A stretch of 32,000 nucleotides of DNA from Planctomycetales bacterium. Its GTDB lineage: Bacteria; 4484-113; JAFGCY01. The stretch is from NCBI GenBank assembly GCA_022646745.1, contig CP060262.1, positions 1,260,001-1,292,000 of the forward strand. Reading direction: 5' to 3'. This document shows positions 29,505 to 32,000 of the stretch, piece by piece (the stretch's first letter is position 1; every line of letters starts with the position of its first letter). Both the position numbers and the translations under genes were made by a program. The notes below the pieces were generated by a model. The model did no database searches. It worked only from the letters and a program-made list of their open reading frames with translations, and was not told the origin of the DNA.

Positions 29505-29705
29505 ATGTCTGCGAAACTGATGGTCATTGTTGGCATCATCGGCCTGAACCTGCTGCTTTGCATCGCCATGGTGATTTACCAGTACGCAAGCGGGGTGAGA
29601 ATCAGAAGGGGTGACATCAGCTCCCCGATCCACAACGGTTTCTATCTGCTGGTGGCTGTCTCGGTTGTGATCATCGCCCTGGTTGAATACGGGTTTCCGG
29701 ACTGA
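29505..29705 (+). CDS. small (66 aa) two-TM membrane protein, hypothetical
   Basis: AAGGAGG (29487-29493) lies upstream of the ATG at 29505. MSAKLMVIVGIIGLNLLLCIAMVIY..FYLLVAVSVVIIALVEYGF. The ORF track start (29394) overlaps the pyrB 3' end. Confidence 0.6.
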   Translation: MSAKLMVIVGIIGLNLLLCIAMVIYQYASGVRIRRGDISSPIHNGFYLLVAVSVVIIALVEYGFPD

Positions 29706-29840
29706 ACTGATCCTCAGCCTGCCCGTCGTAAACATGATCATCTTATGTATGACAAGATTATTTCCGATTCCTGACTGTAAGTTACAATCATCGGGTCCCT
29801 GTGGACCCCCTGCGGGAACCGCCCGCCTGAAGGAATGTTG

Positions 29841-30524
29841 ATGAAGAAGCTCTTGATCGTGATGCTGCTGGCACTGGCGCTGCCCTTCGCCGCCCAGGCC
29901 CAGGAAGACGAAGCCGCTGCTCCCGAGGAGACCCCGGCTGCCCCTGCCATGGCCGCCGAGTATGCCCGCCAGAGCTTTGGCAACTTCAGCCTAGAGCTTC
30001 CCACGCATGGCACCCTCAAGCGCCCCGGCGATGCCGACTGGAAGGAGGAGGAGCAGGTCGTCTTCAACTGGTTCGGTGACAAGTCCGACCCGATTGTGCT
30101 GATCCAGTGCCGCGTTGACAGCTTCGAGGATGACCTCGAGCAGAGCGCCTACGACATCTTCTGCGACACCCTGCTTTCCAACTGGCTCAACTCAGATGAC
30201 AACTACACCGTGCTTGATCCGCCGCTGCCGCGCAGTGAGGGAGAACCGCGCCGCACGCGCAGCATGCTCGGCTCGCATACCTGGAACCTGATCCAGATTG
30301 ACGACCACTCCGATGCCAACGGCGGCAAGATCTACTACTCGATCTTCTGCACCTACAGCGGCAGGGACATCTACACCATCAGCTTCTACTACCTCAATCC
30401 GATGACCAAGGAAGACACCCGCGTCAAGGATTTCGGCAAGCCGCTGCTGGAGAGCTTCCGCATCGCCGGTGAGGGCAGTGCCGTGGAGGAGGATGAGATG
30501 GCGGCTGAGGACGGCGCTGCCTAG
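29841..30524 (+). CDS. secreted hypothetical protein
   Basis: MKKLLIVMLLALALPFAAQAQ signal peptide. AAGGAA lies 5 nt upstream of the ATG at 29841; the ATG at 29835 is an alternative. No recognisable domain. Confidence 0.7.
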   Translation: MKKLLIVMLLALALPFAAQAQEDEAAAPEETPAAPAMAAEYARQSFGNFSLELPTHGTLKRPGDADWKEEEQVVFNWFGDKSDPIVLIQCRVDSFEDDLEQSAYDIFCDTLLSNWLNSDDNYTVLDPPLPRSEGEPRRTRSMLGSHTWNLIQIDDHSDANGGKIYYSIFCTYSGRDIYTISFYYLNPMTKEDTRVKDFGKPLLESFRIAGEGSAVEEDEMAAEDGAA

Positions 30525-31153
30525 CGCAGGATCGTTGCCAGCCTCATTTCAAAGTCCTCACGGGTCATCTCCGTCGTGACGTAGCCGACAACCTTGCCGT
30601 CACGGTCAAGGAAGAAGGTGGATGGGAATGCGCTCAGGCCGAGCTTTTCCTTGACATCCACGCTGTGGTACATCGGGATCTCAAACCCCTTCTCCTTCCA
30701 GAAGTCCTCGGCGGCCTTGCTGTCAACGGAGACCGCGATCATGTCGAACTCGGCCTTGCGCTCCTTGTAGACCTCATTCAGAGCGGGCAGTTCGTCCACG
30801 CAGGGCGGGCACCAGTCACCCCAGAAGTTGACAACCAGCGGCCTGCCGTAGAAGGAGCTGATACCAAGCACCTCGCCGTCCGCACGGCGCACGCTGAATT
30901 CCGGCATCGAACGCGCTGAGGAAGCACCGTCTGATTCCGATCCACCGCCGGGATTGGCCTGCTCGCCTGCTGCATTCTCTTTGGATGCGGCTGCATCCTG
31001 CTCGAGCTTGTTTTCTGTGACGTAAGCCTGGCCTTCCTGATCTTGAGCGAGGGTTTTTGCATTGCCGGCCTGTTCTTCGGCGGTCTTGTTGCAGGAAACG
31101 GCCAGCAGCAGTATCGCTGCCAGGGAAAGGATAATCAGCTGGATGGCTTTCAT
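30521..31153 (-). CDS. TlpA/ResA-like thioredoxin-fold thiol:disulfide oxidoreductase lipoprotein (Cys form)
   Basis: MKAIQLIILSLAAILLLAVSC lipobox. Active site NFWGDWCPPC. The conserved downstream block is ..AFPSTFFLDRDGKVV... The ORF track start at 31234 is replaced by the ATG at 31153. Confidence 0.85.
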   Translation of the reverse strand: MKAIQLIILSLAAILLLAVSCNKTAEEQAGNAKTLAQDQEGQAYVTENKLEQDAAASKENAAGEQANPGGGSESDGASSARSMPEFSVRRADGEVLGISSFYGRPLVVNFWGDWCPPCVDELPALNEVYKERKAEFDMIAVSVDSKAAEDFWKEKGFEIPMYHSVDVKEKLGLSAFPSTFFLDRDGKVVGYVTTEMTREDFEMRLATILR

Positions 31154-31257
31154 GGTCAGTCGTCCACTCCGGGAATTACAGGTTTCAGATGATATCAGGC
31201 GCACGGTTCTGTGCCCCTGTCCTGATTGACGCAATCGAAGGCTGACTGTTCGTCGCT

Positions 31258-31854
31258 TCAGCGCGTGATTTCCGCCAGCTTGGCTTCGAACTCCTCAGCA
31301 CTGATCTCCCCGAGGTGCTCATCCACCACTTCACCCTCGCGGTTGATGAAGAAGGTATGCGGGATGCCATGCACGCCGTACATGTCACCCCAGTCGCCAT
31401 CCAGTCCCCACGGGAAGGTGTAGCCGCTCTGCTGCATCCAGGGAACCGGTTCCTTCGCGCGGTGCGAGGCCAGGGCCAGCAGCTCGAACTCGCCGCTGTG
31501 CTGCTTGTACATCTGCTCAAACACGGGAAACTCCCGCTTGCAGGGCTCTCACCACTCGCCCCAGAAGTTCAGCACCAGTGGCGTCCCGATGAAACGGGAT
31601 GCCTCCATCGGGCTGCCATCCGGGCTCGTGTATTTCGCTGTCAGCAGCGGGCTGCTCTCTGCCACTTCCGGCACCACTGGGCTGTCGCCGGGCGAGTCCT
31701 TGATAGGCTGGCCTGCAGCAGCTGCATCGTCCGCATTGCCTTGGACCGTGGAATGAACGCCATCCGCTGAGCCGGAAGAGTCCTGTGGCTGTTTATTGCA
31801 GGAAGCCAGAAGCAGCAATGCGATGCAAGGCAGCAATAGCTGGATGCGAATCAT
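31258..31854 (-). CDS. TlpA/ResA-like thioredoxin-fold lipoprotein with in-frame UGA (putative selenocysteine, U-E-P-C active site)
   Basis: ORFs 31549..31863 and 31258..31524 are in the same frame and are separated only by TGA at 31549-31551. Read-through gives ..[42 protein letters not shown].., which is colinear with the Cys paralog. Lipobox LLLLASC after the ATG at 31854. A SECIS-like hairpin follows the UGA. Confidence 0.75.
31513..31543 (-). promoter_or_regulatory. candidate bacterial SECIS hairpin
   Basis: The mRNA reads UGAGAGCC-CUGC-AA-GCGGGA-GUU-UCCCGU-GUUUGA-GCAG. Lower stem CUGC/GCAG, upper stem (G)CGGGA/UCCCG(U), and an apical loop GUU 18-20 nt after the UGA. Confidence 0.55.
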
Positions 31855-31884
31855 GTAATGCACTGCTCCTGTCGCGATCCGGGC

Positions 31885-32000
31885 TTACTTGATGAGCTTG
31901 GCCAGCTTAGCCTCAAACTCATCGTGTCCCATCATGCCGACCTGCTGGTCAACCAGGTTGCCCTCAGCATCGATGAAGAAGGTATGCGGAATGCCGCTCA
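31885..32000 (-). CDS. 3' end of a third TlpA/ResA-like paralog (partial)
   Basis: The minus-strand frame is open from the window edge to TAA (31885-31887) and reads ..[36 protein letters not shown]. This is homologous to the C-termini of the two preceding genes. Confidence 0.7.
   Translation of the reverse strand, partial: [37 protein letters not shown]

Overview
This is a high-GC (by eye, above 60%) bacterial chromosomal segment, probably from an uncultured lineage. I cannot assign a taxon. All analysis is by eye, with no database or folding computation.

Gene content:
- Three housekeeping anchors are clear: tyrS (2161..3516 -), mutS (22763..25321 -) and pyrB (28475..29452 +).
- The left half (0-13 kb) is dominated by exported proteins. 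These are a FadL/OMPP1-like outer-membrane barrel and five lipoproteins. Three of the lipoproteins share a paralogous N-terminal module fused to different C-terminal domains: a 7-repeat propeller-like domain, a clan-GH-A-like TIM barrel, and four CarboxypepD_reg-like repeats plus a CXXCH haem domain.
- The left half also carries a tandem pair of zinc-ribbon membrane proteins.
- The middle holds a translationally coupled SRPBCC / Tat-ankyrin / SRPBCC / ArsR operon with a palindromic operator candidate, a Tat-Rieske protein, a visibly low-GC orphan ORF, a DUF151 nuclease and two convergent DUF2993-like paralogs.
- The right end has a TetR / SRPBCC / DHFR-family operon with a 40-bp palindromic operator, then pyrB, then three tandem TlpA/ResA-like thioredoxin-fold lipoproteins.

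Most notable observations:
1. The middle TlpA paralog is split in the ORF track only by an in-frame TGA that sits exactly at the first Cys of the CxxC motif (W-U-E-P-C against W-C-P-P-C next door). A SECIS-like hairpin follows it. It is very likely an unannotated selenoprotein.
2. Intergenic DNA between about 18.5 and 28.5 kb is packed with unusual repeats. These include a five-copy ACGGAGGT-plus-hairpin array, four copies of a hairpin-plus-GCTAC element, and many 7-9-nt tandem word arrays, often in inverted pairs.
3. There is a compact structured unit of about 220 nt with an SD-preceded 21-codon sORF and a strong intrinsic terminator.
4. Perfect -10 boxes lie 6-8 nt upstream of several start codons, which suggests leaderless mRNAs.
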